Shown piece after piece: positions 29,383-39,353 of a DNA stretch of 64,000 nucleotides. The DNA comes from Minisyncoccia bacterium (GTDB taxonomy: Bacteria; Patescibacteriota; Minisyncoccia; Phycocordibacterales; UBA918), in NCBI GenBank assembly GCA_041738755.1, contig JBGSPE010000007.1:13079-77078 (forward strand), given 5' to 3'. Position 1 is the first letter of the stretch, and each line of letters begins with the position of its first letter. The position numbers and the translations under genes are program-made. A model generated the notes under the pieces. The model was not told the DNA's origin. It saw only the letters and a program-made list of their open reading frames with translations, and did not search any database.

Positions 29383-29547
29383 ACACACATTTCATTCTAA
29401 AGAACTCTTCAATGAGATGGTAAAAATGTCTGGGAGACATTTTTACCGCTACCACTCTACTAATCGCACAAATAAATCTAACGACGAGAATGTTACCATA
29501 TTATTTAATAATTGGAATCAAGTGTTGCTTAGGGTACTATTTAGGAT

Positions 29548-30294
29548 ATGGAAAATATACCCAAAGTACAACATTCGACTGACTTTGAATCTACCGAAAC
29601 TCCAACTGAGCACGTAGAAGATGTGGTGGTCGCGCTCGATAGAGCTCTGCAGCATTGTCGTGCCCATCCTGATGATATGTCTTGTGATTGTTCGGTATTA
29701 CATGCAAGGATTTGTCATACAGAAATACAGAATCTTTTTGAACACTACGAGCGACATGAAATTCTAACTTACGATGATATTCAAAGCAGTCTAGAAATTG
29801 TATTGCAAAAATTAACCACAGAGCTTGAGGCCGATCCCGAAGATGAAGAGATGCGAAAAGGTTTTCAGATTCTTAAAGAACGAGCGCGCGAGATAAGGTT
29901 TGCTACCAGAAGATATGTCCAAACCATCGCTAAGTTTCATCATATTAAAGAGCAGCAGTTTCGAATGGATCCGAATGAGTTCGTGGCTGAGTTTCAGAAT
30001 ATTGATCAGATTCGTCGCAATGCTCACAATGGGTTAATTGATACTCTAACTATCTATACAAAGACAATCAACGAATTACAGCGGTACGGAGCATTAGATG
30101 GGTTAGAAATTGTTGAGTGGCATATTACTGACCGTTTTGCAGATGATTCAGAAACTGACGGAAAAATCCATGTATTTTCAGGAGACGTACTTCGGAACAG
30201 GGATCTCGTGAAGGATTGGGCAATTAGTGCTCATATGCATGAAAAACTGCAACAAATTGAAGCATTGCAAAAGGAGCACTCAAACAGTGTTTGA
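29548..30294 (+). CDS. Helical hypothetical protein (possibly DUF3232-like)
   Basis: 248-aa ORF; DQIRRNAHNGLID motif. Confidence 0.65.
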   Translation: MENIPKVQHSTDFESTETPTEHVEDVVVALDRALQHCRAHPDDMSCDCSVLHARICHTEIQNLFEHYERHEILTYDDIQSSLEIVLQKLTTELEADPEDEEMRKGFQILKERAREIRFATRRYVQTIAKFHHIKEQQFRMDPNEFVAEFQNIDQIRRNAHNGLIDTLTIYTKTINELQRYGALDGLEIVEWHITDRFADDSETDGKIHVFSGDVLRNRDLVKDWAISAHMHEKLQQIEALQKEHSNSV

Positions 30295-30300
30295 GTGCTC

Positions 30301-30510
30301 CTACTCCGAGCGGAGTTTTTTGGCATATGAAATGATAAGATGACGCATAATATCAGCGTCAGTCAGATTGGGTATTTCACGCTTAACCTTTTCAGATAAA
30401 GCGAGAAAACGTTCCGATTGTAAGACTTCTTTGATTGACCTTTCGCAGGTATCCTGGAAAATTATGCTTGCCTCCTCACGAATGGCTGAGGCCAGCGCGG
30501 TACTTACCAT
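30301..30510 (-). CDS. Small hypothetical protein
   Basis: 69-aa ORF with AAGGA upstream, fills the gap convergent with the previous gene. Confidence 0.5.
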   Translation of the reverse strand: MVSTALASAIREEASIIFQDTCERSIKEVLQSERFLALSEKVKREIPNLTDADIMRHLIISYAKKLRSE

Positions 30511-30602
30511 TGCTAATATCCTTAAAGATCAGAATGCTTGGCGACTAATAAAATAGCACATAGTCATAAAAAGTCAATATTAATAGATAACGGAGTACTA
30601 AA

Positions 30603-32375
30603 ATGATAAGAACATCTCATAAAACTATTCCCAATACCCCGTTACGTTTTTTATGGTATTTGGGCTCTAAGTATAAACTTTTAGGCACCTCAGTATTCTT
30701 GCTGGTTTTATTTGCAGAAACACTCAATGTCTTAATTTTTTATGTTTCATCGCAGCTCATTGATGTTTTTACTGCTGCACCAACCCTGATTGAACAAAAA
30801 GAGACTCTTCTATTTTGGGGAGGATTATTTTTATTGGTTTCATTTAGTAATAGTATCTGTTACCGGTTAAGTGGCTTTGCGCTCATAATGTGGGTTATTA
30901 AGTTCCAGCGTGATGGATACGCTGAGCTATATGAATACCTTACGCGCCATAGTCATACGTATTTTAGTAATCGGTTTGCGGGTGCTCTTTCTAACAAAGT
31001 TTCAAATGCTGTTGACGGTAGTGGGGGGATGGCGTTTCAGATTGTCTGGACCTTCTTTTCTGAGTTTGTTGGGTTGCTCGTGACATTGATTTTGTTCTTT
31101 ACAATTGATTATCGAATTGGACTGGTGCTACTTTGCATGTTCTTTATTGTATTAGGGTTTAATATTTGGGCTGTACATTGTCGTCGGCCGTTTGTTATCG
31201 CGTACGCAACTGCTTCTTCAAAAGCTCGAGGTGAAGGAGTCGATACGATTACCAACATGAGTATTGTCAGGCAATTTTCGCAGCGAAATTTTGAATTACG
31301 TCGGCTCAACAGAGTCTTTGATGACCGAGCTGAAAAAGATATAAAGCAATCAATTTTTGGTGAGTGGATTATGCTGATTAATGCCTTTTTTGCTGTTTTT
31401 ATGACAACGACAGTTTTGGTCATGTTGTATGTCTTGCTTGATACGGGAGCGATTACAGCCGGGGTATTAGTATTAGTACTCGGTTTACTCGGTCGGGTAG
31501 GGTATATGTTTACTATTATTGGACAAGCCCTCAATCGATTTATTCGCGAGTACGGAAATGTTGAAGAGGGCCTTGAAGAAATTTTGCAGGAGATGGAGTT
31601 AACAGATCAGCCTGGAGCCATAGAACTTTTAGTCCCCCGTGGTGAGATTGTATGGAAGGATGTTGTCTTTGAATATGGAGTAAATAATATTTTTAAACAT
31701 TTTAATCTGATAATTTCACCTGGTCAGAGACTCGGTTTAGTAGGGCCATCAGGCGCCGGAAAGAGTACATTTGTCTCACTGCTCTTGCGGCAAAATGATA
31801 TAAGCGGTGGAAGTATTTTGATTGATAATCAAGCTATTGATACGGTAACACAGGATTCTTTGCGGAGGAATATCGCTATCGTTCCACAAGAGCCAGCCCT
31901 TTTCCATCGTAGTATTAGAGAAAATATTGCATATGGTAGACCAGATGCAACTGAAGCAGATATTGTTGAAGCCGCAAAACGCGCTCAGGCTCACGAGTTC
32001 ATCACTGCACTTGAGTTCGGATATGACACCATGGTGGGTGAACGAGGCATCAAGCTATCAGGTGGCCAAAAGCGGCGAGTAGCCATCGCTCGGGCCATAC
32101 TCAAGAATGCTCCGATCTTGGTGCTTGATGAAGCTACTTCCGCGCTTGATAGTGAAAGTGAAGTAGCGATTCAGGCAGCGCTTTCAGAGCTGATGACTGG
32201 TAAGACTGTAATTGCGATAGCGCACCGTCTCTCAACGTTGCGCGAGATGGATAGAATCTTGGTACTTGAACAAGGTCAGGTCGTAGAAGATGGTACGCAC
32301 GATGCTCTCAAATCAGCTGGAGGAGTATATCAACGTTTGTGGGAGCACCAGGCTGGAGGCTTTCTGACTGAATAA
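30603..32375 (+). CDS. ABC exporter (fused TMD+NBD, MsbA/Atm1-like)
   Basis: 6 TM plus GPSGAGKS, LSGGQ, LDEATSALD, IAHRLST. Confidence 0.92.
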   Translation: MIRTSHKTIPNTPLRFLWYLGSKYKLLGTSVFLLVLFAETLNVLIFYVSSQLIDVFTAAPTLIEQKETLLFWGGLFLLVSFSNSICYRLSGFALIMWVIKFQRDGYAELYEYLTRHSHTYFSNRFAGALSNKVSNAVDGSGGMAFQIVWTFFSEFVGLLVTLILFFTIDYRIGLVLLCMFFIVLGFNIWAVHCRRPFVIAYATASSKARGEGVDTITNMSIVRQFSQRNFELRRLNRVFDDRAEKDIKQSIFGEWIMLINAFFAVFMTTTVLVMLYVLLDTGAITAGVLVLVLGLLGRVGYMFTIIGQALNRFIREYGNVEEGLEEILQEMELTDQPGAIELLVPRGEIVWKDVVFEYGVNNIFKHFNLIISPGQRLGLVGPSGAGKSTFVSLLLRQNDISGGSILIDNQAIDTVTQDSLRRNIAIVPQEPALFHRSIRENIAYGRPDATEADIVEAAKRAQAHEFITALEFGYDTMVGERGIKLSGGQKRRVAIARAILKNAPILVLDEATSALDSESEVAIQAALSELMTGKTVIAIAHRLSTLREMDRILVLEQGQVVEDGTHDALKSAGGVYQRLWEHQAGGFLTE

Positions 32376-32465
32376 AACAAAGGCCCCGTCTCTGACGGGG
32401 CCTTTCTTTATAACTTTTTGGCAGTAGTTCAGGTATTATTAGTATATACAATAAGTAATTTATTT

Positions 32466-34280
32466 ATGTGCGGAATTTTTGGCTACGTCGGGACGAGAAC
32501 AGCAATGCCGCTTTTGGTTGAGGGTTTACGCACCCTTGAGTATCGAGGTTATGACTCTTCAGGTATCTTCATTCCGGGGCAGCAGGCTGTAAAGACAGTT
32601 GGTCCAATCGATTCTCTGGCAGCTAAGTTGTCTGAGACTATTCCGGGCACATCTGGAATCGCGCATACCAGGTGGGCGACACACGGTGCACCGACAGAAA
32701 AGAACGCTCACCCACATTTTGATATGAGTGGTTCAATTGCGATTGTTCACAATGGCATCATCGAAAATTACCGAGAACTTAAAGAAGGACTTGTCGTGCG
32801 AGGAATCAGCTTTGAGTCTGATACAGATAGTGAAGTGTTCGCCAAGCTCATAGGTACGGTATACACCGGAGACTTACTACAAGCCGTCAGACGGGCGCTA
32901 CAGATGGTTCGAGGTACCTATGGTGTAGCGGTGGCTTCTCACCATAATCCAGAACAAATTGTGGTTGCTCGCATGGGGAGTCCGATTGCTATCGGGGTTG
33001 GAAGAGATGGAAACTTCGTCTCGTCAGACCCGTCGGCACTCCTCACTCACACCAAGGATATTATCTTCCTTGAAGATGGTGAATGTGCCGTTATTGAAAA
33101 AGACAACTATAAGCTCTATTCGATAAAGGGAGAGCTTTTTACTCGCAAGCCGGAAACGATTGAATGGGCTATCGAGGACGTGCAGAAAAATGGCTATGAA
33201 CACTTCATGCTGAAAGAAATTTTTGAAGCACCGCAGGTAATTGAAAATGCGATTCGCGGTCGCTTGGTGGTGGATAAGGGAAGAGTAAAGCTTGGCGGTC
33301 TTGAAAGTGTCCTTGAAACCCTTACCTCGATAAATCGTCTGGTTATCGTTGGCTGTGGGTCTGCTTATTATGCTGCGCAAGTGGGACGCTATTTCCTCGA
33401 GGAATACGCCAATCTGCCGGTTGAGGTGGAGCTTGGGAGCGAATATCGCTACAAGAAAAATCTACCCGATAGTAATAGCGCGGTCTTGGTAGTAAGTCAG
33501 TCAGGTGAGACAGCTGATACGCTTGCTTCACTTCGTTTTGCCAAACAGCAAGGTCTCCTCACTATCGGTATCATCAACGCCGTTGGTTCAACCATTGCGC
33601 GCGAGACCGATGCTGGGGTCTATAACCATGCTGGTCCAGAAATTGCAGTAGCCTCAACCAAGGCCTTCATCTCACAACTTACCGTCTTTGCACTCCTAAC
33701 CGTACTGATAGGTCGTGAGAAGGGGATGACCCAAGCTGAAGGTGAAGTGATTACGAGGGAACTCGAAGCATTGCCGAAGATTGTTACCGAGTACTTGAAG
33801 CAAACCGATGATATAAAACGGATTGCTAAAAAGTATGCTCAGTACCGTGACGCAATGTTTATTGGACGAAAGTTCCATGCACCGATTGCGTACGAAGGTT
33901 CATTAAAATTAAAAGAGGTGACGTACCTGCACGCTGAAGCCTACGCCGGAGGAGAATTGAAACACGGCTCGATTGCCTTGCTTGATAAAGATTTTCCAGT
34001 CATAGCTATTGCACCAAAAGATGATGTGTACGATAAGATGGTTTCAAATATAGAAGAGGTAAAAGCTAGAAATGCACCGATTATCATGGTGGCGACTCAC
34101 GGTGACTATACGGCACCAAATTTGGCAGATGACGTTATATACATCCCCAAAGTCTCGCCACTCTTGCAGCCAATCATTACGACCATTCCGCTACAGTTGT
34201 TGGCCTACTACATAGGGGTAGAACGAGGTCTCAATGTAGATCGTCCTCGTAATTTAGCCAAAAGTGTGACGGTAGAATAA
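32466..34280 (+). CDS. glmS: Glutamine--fructose-6-phosphate aminotransferase
   Basis: MCGIFGY start, HTRWATHG, SQSGETAD, PRNLAKSVTVE. Confidence 0.97.
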   Translation: MCGIFGYVGTRTAMPLLVEGLRTLEYRGYDSSGIFIPGQQAVKTVGPIDSLAAKLSETIPGTSGIAHTRWATHGAPTEKNAHPHFDMSGSIAIVHNGIIENYRELKEGLVVRGISFESDTDSEVFAKLIGTVYTGDLLQAVRRALQMVRGTYGVAVASHHNPEQIVVARMGSPIAIGVGRDGNFVSSDPSALLTHTKDIIFLEDGECAVIEKDNYKLYSIKGELFTRKPETIEWAIEDVQKNGYEHFMLKEIFEAPQVIENAIRGRLVVDKGRVKLGGLESVLETLTSINRLVIVGCGSAYYAAQVGRYFLEEYANLPVEVELGSEYRYKKNLPDSNSAVLVVSQSGETADTLASLRFAKQQGLLTIGIINAVGSTIARETDAGVYNHAGPEIAVASTKAFISQLTVFALLTVLIGREKGMTQAEGEVITRELEALPKIVTEYLKQTDDIKRIAKKYAQYRDAMFIGRKFHAPIAYEGSLKLKEVTYLHAEAYAGGELKHGSIALLDKDFPVIAIAPKDDVYDKMVSNIEEVKARNAPIIMVATHGDYTAPNLADDVIYIPKVSPLLQPIITTIPLQLLAYYIGVERGLNVDRPRNLAKSVTVE

Positions 34281-34352
34281 GGCTTTAAACATAGCTTTCC
34301 CAAGATGGCCAATACTTGATTTTAATATAAATATATGTTATAATATATTTAT

Positions 34353-35714
34353 ATGCCGTTAGCTATTGCTGTTATTGGATTTTTGGTCCTCCTTGGGTTA
34401 AGTGGGGGTATTGAAGGTGGGTTGGCTCCGCAATCAAATGCGAGTACTACAGTAGAGCGTGAAGTCTCTCGCTCTACACCTGCTCGATCAAACAATGAAC
34501 GAACTTCACTTTCAGATCGATTTGATAATCAGTTCAGACGCTCTGGCGAGGTGCAAGGAGTTTCTCTTGATACGCGTCTACCTAGTGTAGAAACTCTTGC
34601 AGCTCGCAACCTTGAGTCCACGAGTGCAACTGTCCGTGGTTCAGCTATGCTCCGAACCTATAAAGATGGAGTTGTGTTTGTCGTGTACGGCTACAATGAA
34701 GGAAGAGTGGAACTATTAGCTAAAAATTACCGTAGTACTAATGTTGCACCAACTACTGATGATCGAGCTCAGGTACTTATCCTCGACCGACGTGCTAATG
34801 GCTCTGAAGCGTATGAACGCCGTGTGAGTAATTTAGCAAAAGATACACAGTACTATTTCAAAATTTGTACCGAATACCAAACACTGGCTGGTACAAAGGC
34901 GGTGACGTGTGGCTCTACCAAGACGTTTGTCACCAATCCAACCTTTTCCGTATCGAATGATAGTTTTCGAACACCGCGTATCAGTCTTCGTGCTCCGCTA
35001 AACATCACTGATAGCGAAGCATCGTTTTCAGGTCAGGTTACGATGAATGATGGTGTCGATGGTATTCCATTTTTAGTCTATGGTGAATCCGAATCTTTGG
35101 TACGAGCCGTATCTGAAAACAATCGTACCTTCAGTAGTGTGCGAGAAGATGATGAAGAGTTGCAAAAAGTTCGAATCGCGACTGGCTTGCGGGGACAATA
35201 TGAATTCACCCTGCCGCTGGATGGTCTTGATAATGGTCAGCAGTACTTCTATCGAGCCTGTGTTGAGTATGATGGAGAACGAGATGGACTGGTCTGTGAT
35301 AGTGTACGGAATTTTGTCACCGATGGACGAGACCGAAGCAATAAGCCAACCGCAACGACTGGTACTGTGACCGTCTCAGGTACTCGTGCAACTATTACTG
35401 GGTCAGCGGATATGGAAGACTTCTTCGATGGTGTAGCCTTCTTTGTGTACGGCACTGACAGAGCTGGTATTGAAGGCGTGGTTGAGCGGGGCTCGTTTGC
35501 ACGGATTAGTCAGTCTATTGATCGTCTCCAGCGAGTCAGTGTTGATGATGACCTTGATGGCCGAGATAGTTTTACTCGTACTATCTCAGACTTACTCCCA
35601 GGCACTACATATCACTACCGAATGTGTGTGCAGTATGAAGACCAAGATGATCGAGGAAGAGATACCTTTTTCCTCCGCTGTGGCACTACGCAGACTTTTA
35701 CTTCAGGACAATAA
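34353..35714 (+). CDS. Secreted/surface protein with three FnIII/Ig-like repeats
   Basis: Signal/TM; three ~125-aa repeats each with (F/L)VYG and Y(Y/F/H)(F/Y)xxC...C. Confidence 0.7.
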   Translation: MPLAIAVIGFLVLLGLSGGIEGGLAPQSNASTTVEREVSRSTPARSNNERTSLSDRFDNQFRRSGEVQGVSLDTRLPSVETLAARNLESTSATVRGSAMLRTYKDGVVFVVYGYNEGRVELLAKNYRSTNVAPTTDDRAQVLILDRRANGSEAYERRVSNLAKDTQYYFKICTEYQTLAGTKAVTCGSTKTFVTNPTFSVSNDSFRTPRISLRAPLNITDSEASFSGQVTMNDGVDGIPFLVYGESESLVRAVSENNRTFSSVREDDEELQKVRIATGLRGQYEFTLPLDGLDNGQQYFYRACVEYDGERDGLVCDSVRNFVTDGRDRSNKPTATTGTVTVSGTRATITGSADMEDFFDGVAFFVYGTDRAGIEGVVERGSFARISQSIDRLQRVSVDDDLDGRDSFTRTISDLLPGTTYHYRMCVQYEDQDDRGRDTFFLRCGTTQTFTSGQ

Positions 35715-35734
35715 AAATAAGCACCGAACGGTGC

Positions 35735-36922
35735 TTATTTTTTATTAAAGAGTAATTCGAGTGGGTGTGGTTTTTGCAGGAGTGTATGTACTCCATATGA
35801 AGCTGTGGCAATACATCCAATTTGGAGACCTGCTCCATTAATAGTAAGTTCCTGTTCATTGTGTAGCTCTACAATAGGTAATCCTTTGGTGGTGAGAGCA
35901 TACGGAGCACTCCAGGCGCTCTGTAAAGGTAGGTCTAGCGTAGGGAAATTTGCGGTAAGGAATTGTTCAATTTTTTTTACATGTGGTAGATATGCTGGGT
36001 AGGAAAAATTCTTTTTTGAAACTGGCTTGTCACCATAGCCAACGAGTAGTCGATTGTCAGAGGTGACCTTTCCATAATGAAACGAAGGCCGAGTAGTACT
36101 ATTTTCAAACATATCTTTATCTAAAAGACCAATCATACCCAACTCCTTTTTGGTGAGTTTACGGGTGACACCGATGGTGGTGAGAAACGGGGTAATTGCG
36201 TTATGCGGTTCGCTTGTTCCCCGGCAATAAATAATATGTTTATACGTAATGATACCTCCGTCAGTCTGTACAGTGGTTGGAGACAGTTTTTTAAGGAGGG
36301 CAGTGTGTTCATAAATCTGCACTCCCTTTGCTTCTAGGTATTTCCCAAATCCACGAGCAAACGCAAGCGGGTTTACTGAAATGTTGTGTCGGCGACTTCG
36401 TCTTACTGCAGTATAGAGGGTAGAGGCGAATTCACTCTTGAGTGCTGTGTCAGTAAGTAGTTCAAGCTGTGAATCGAGAGTTTTCTGCACTGTGCGATAG
36501 TTCATATAAAATCCGCTGCTACTTCTCTCCTCCTCGTCGCTCAGATGAAGGTAGTCATGTTCAACAAAATCACAAGGGATGTTGTTTTGGACAATGATTC
36601 TTTTCACTAGTTTGGTTGCTTGAATATGGGCTTCAAAATACGCTTTTGTAGCTTTGGTACCGTAGGCAGTGATGAGTTCATACCAATTGGCATGTTCTGG
36701 TTCATGGACCAACATGCCTGCTGAGTGACCGGTAGAACCTGAGCCAACAGTGTTTTTCTCAATAATCACCACTCGCTTTTTTCGATGTGTGGTAAGGAAG
36801 TAGGCTGTTGCAAGACCAGTAATTCCACCTCCGACTATGAGATAGTCTGCTTCAATTGATTTCTTGAGAGCGGGGAAGGTTTGTTTTTCTGGATTTCCCC
36901 AAAAGAGTTCACGTTTGTTCAT
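35735..36922 (-). CDS. FAD-dependent oxidoreductase (DAO/PuuB family)
   Basis: IVGGGITG, GSGSTGHSAG. Confidence 0.85.
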   Translation of the reverse strand: MNKRELFWGNPEKQTFPALKKSIEADYLIVGGGITGLATAYFLTTHRKKRVVIIEKNTVGSGSTGHSAGMLVHEPEHANWYELITAYGTKATKAYFEAHIQATKLVKRIIVQNNIPCDFVEHDYLHLSDEEERSSSGFYMNYRTVQKTLDSQLELLTDTALKSEFASTLYTAVRRSRRHNISVNPLAFARGFGKYLEAKGVQIYEHTALLKKLSPTTVQTDGGIITYKHIIYCRGTSEPHNAITPFLTTIGVTRKLTKKELGMIGLLDKDMFENSTTRPSFHYGKVTSDNRLLVGYGDKPVSKKNFSYPAYLPHVKKIEQFLTANFPTLDLPLQSAWSAPYALTTKGLPIVELHNEQELTINGAGLQIGCIATASYGVHTLLQKPHPLELLFNKK

Positions 36923-36946
36923 AGTACCCAGTATAGCAGGGGTGTT

Positions 36947-37519
36947 TTAGAGAGTTTTCAGCAGTTCTCGCATAGCCTTAATCTCTTCTGATTGAGTGGT
37001 GATAATTCCTGCTGTAAAGCCACGCAACTCGTCTCTGGTAATATGTGGCTGGACACTTTCGGCCATCATAAGAGCGCCTTGGTGGTGCGGAATCATGTCT
37101 TCAAGAAATGCCTTGTCGAGTTCGGTTCCCGTGAGTGAGCTCAAGTCTCGCATCATAGGTGTATAGGTATTACTTGGTTCATAAGCGCTCCCGAACCACC
37201 GTATATGCCAATCCATCATAGTGGTAACCTCTTGTTCTTGAGCAATCAAGATATTTTCAGCGAGGAGTATAATTTCTGCCGAACTGCTACTAGCCGCCAA
37301 GATAATCTTTGCTGAATCAATCGCTTCTTGATGATGAGGAATCATCATCGTAATAAACTCCTCTTCGCTATTTACCATCATTGAGTGGTCCATAGTTCCA
37401 TCTTGCACATGGTCTTCCTTGGTCATAGAAGAAGTGTGGTCGGTGTGTTGCCTTGTGGCAAGATAAGCTCCAACCAAAATGAGTATTACAGCTCCACCAA
37501 TAAGTGTTTTTTGTTTCAT
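36947..37519 (-). CDS. DUF305 (CopM-like) Met/His-rich protein
   Basis: Two MIPHHQ motifs, N-terminal TM. Confidence 0.88.
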   Translation of the reverse strand: MKQKTLIGGAVILILVGAYLATRQHTDHTSSMTKEDHVQDGTMDHSMMVNSEEEFITMMIPHHQEAIDSAKIILAASSSSAEIILLAENILIAQEQEVTTMMDWHIRWFGSAYEPSNTYTPMMRDLSSLTGTELDKAFLEDMIPHHQGALMMAESVQPHITRDELRGFTAGIITTQSEEIKAMRELLKTL

Positions 37520-37596
37520 GTTAACAGTATAGCGTTCACTGTGAGACCTGCAACAGCAACGGCCACAATGTATTCACATTGTGGCCGGCTGATTTG

Positions 37597-37668
37597 TGAT
37601 CCTACGGAGAATCGAACTCCGATTTCCAGGATGAAAACCTGGCGTCCTAACCGTTAGACGATAGGACC
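37597..37668 (-). tRNA. tRNA-Glu(TTC)
   Basis: GGTCCTA/TAGGATC acceptor, CCAGG-TT-TTC-AT-CCTGG anticodon arm. Confidence 0.93.
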
Positions 37669-37802
37669 AAATGCTACCGTAATGTAGCAAGTGGTTTGAA
37701 ACGTTTTGCGGGCGGTATATATTGCGTGCCAGCAAAGGTACGCAAAACGTGCCCGAAATAATAGCAGATTATTCCAAAAAAGCTAGTGAGTATATTCGAA
37801 GA

Positions 37803-38225
37803 CTAGTGGCTATGCTCTGCTTCGGTCGCTAGGGCATCTTCAGAGGTCTTGTGAATGGTGCCTTTAGGGTGATGAGGTGGGGCGTAGATTGAATACACCT
37901 TGAGTGCTGTGTCGCCAGTATTGATGATATTGTGCCACATGCCTGATGGAATAAAGATAGCAAAGTCTGGTCCTGCTTCGGAGGTAAAGTCCGCTGTTTC
38001 TTCTGTAGCACCCATCTTTACTAACGCTGCACCTGCTTCGATGCGGATAAATTGGTCGGTGCCTTGGTGAATCTCAAGACCAATCTCACCTCCGACTGGG
38101 ATTGACATGAGGGTCATCTGCAAGAACTGTCCGGTCCACGCGGTGGTGCGAAAATTGGTGTTTTCGGTTGTGAGTGCCTCTACATGTACAACGTAGGGCT
38201 TTGGTCCGTGATCGTCAGTATGCAT
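37803..38225 (-). CDS. Cupin domain protein
   Basis: EIGLEIH...DQF, PSGMWHNIINTG...YSIYAPPHH. Confidence 0.88.
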   Translation of the reverse strand: MHTDDHGPKPYVVHVEALTTENTNFRTTAWTGQFLQMTLMSIPVGGEIGLEIHQGTDQFIRIEAGAALVKMGATEETADFTSEAGPDFAIFIPSGMWHNIINTGDTALKVYSIYAPPHHPKGTIHKTSEDALATEAEHSH

Positions 38226-38313
38226 ACGAGTGTTTGTTAGGTAATAAGTATTTTTATTATACGCTTTTGAGTAAAAAAGTCATTGAAGGTTTTTGTGGTA
38301 TGATGTGGCCACT

Positions 38314-39042
38314 ATGCAAACAAAACAAAATATCTTGGCGGATAAATTCGCTGAATACTTCAAGGAAGTAATTTATGGAGGAATTGACGGAATTGTAACC
38401 ACGTTTGCGGTGGTGGCTGGTTTTGCCGGGGCGGCGATTTCAAACAGTGAGACGACCCAATTGTCATTTGCAGTGGTGTTACTTTTTGGACTTGCGAACC
38501 TTTTTGCTGATGCTGCTTCTATGGGGTTAGGAAACTTCCTTTCAGTTCGTTCAGAAAAGGATCTCTATAGTGCAAAGCGGGGAACTGAGTTGTCTGAAAT
38601 GAAAGCAAATCCAGAGACTGAAGTGGCTGAGACACTGATACTACTTCGACAAAAAGGGTTCACAGAGACAGATGCAATTACGCTCGCTGGGATTTATCGT
38701 ACGAATGAAGAGTACTGGCTCGACTTCATGATGAATAATGAACATGAAATGTCTGATCCAAGAGGAGAGAACGAAGTCTTCACTGGTCTTGCCACCTTTT
38801 TATCATTCATGGTATTTGGTGCGATTCCGCTTCTACCATTCATGCTGCAAAGCTCGGGAGATCCAAAGACTGCGTTTGTGTATTCTTCAGTTGGCACCTT
38901 GATTGCGCTCATTGTGCTTGGGCTTATGAAGTGGAAGGTGGTGGGAAGTGGTTTCAAATCATCGCTCATTGAGGTGGTATTAGTGGGTGGTACTGCCGCT
39001 CTCTTGGCTTACTACGTTGGTACCTTCTTCGCTGGTCTCTAG
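38314..39042 (+). CDS. VIT1/CCC1 iron/manganese transporter
   Basis: YGGIDGIVTTFAVVAG, ANLFADAASMGLGNFLS, FGAIPLLP. Confidence 0.9.
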   Translation: MQTKQNILADKFAEYFKEVIYGGIDGIVTTFAVVAGFAGAAISNSETTQLSFAVVLLFGLANLFADAASMGLGNFLSVRSEKDLYSAKRGTELSEMKANPETEVAETLILLRQKGFTETDAITLAGIYRTNEEYWLDFMMNNEHEMSDPRGENEVFTGLATFLSFMVFGAIPLLPFMLQSSGDPKTAFVYSSVGTLIALIVLGLMKWKVVGSGFKSSLIEVVLVGGTAALLAYYVGTFFAGL

Positions 39043-39082
39043 AACAAAAATCACGCAATTTGCACTAAGGCGCCTAGTCGAC

Positions 39083-39150
39083 TTATCCGCATAGTTATAT
39101 CCAGACTTTTCCTAGGGCTTTTATACAGGGTTATACACAGGTTTTCCCCT
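39083..39150 (+). promoter_or_regulatory. Cluster of co-oriented DnaA-box-like 9-mers
   Basis: TTATCCGCA 39083, TTATACAGG 39121, TTATACACA 39131 and weaker copies. Confidence 0.35.
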
Positions 39151-39353
39151 AAACCCTTAAAATACGTCATCTGCATTTTAAATTGACTATTTTGCCTGGT
39201 ATGAGAACCTTGTAATAGGTTTGCACGGTGGTGAAGTATTCTATACTTACGCTCGAGGCTACGAGCAAAGCGTGCAGGCCGAAGCTCTACGTTGTACAAA
39301 GCAAAAGCACCCTGGAGGGGGTGCTTTTGTGTTTTATGTTGGACTTTCTATTA

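Noticed and set aside
32376-32465. glmS ribozyme
   Set aside because: The gap is only ~90 nt and holds a terminator and promoter-like sequence with no ribozyme core
39251-39300. c-di-GMP-I riboswitch (GCAAAGC...GGCC resemblance)
   Set aside because: It lacks the GGCAAA/GNRA P2 arm and has no downstream gene on that strand
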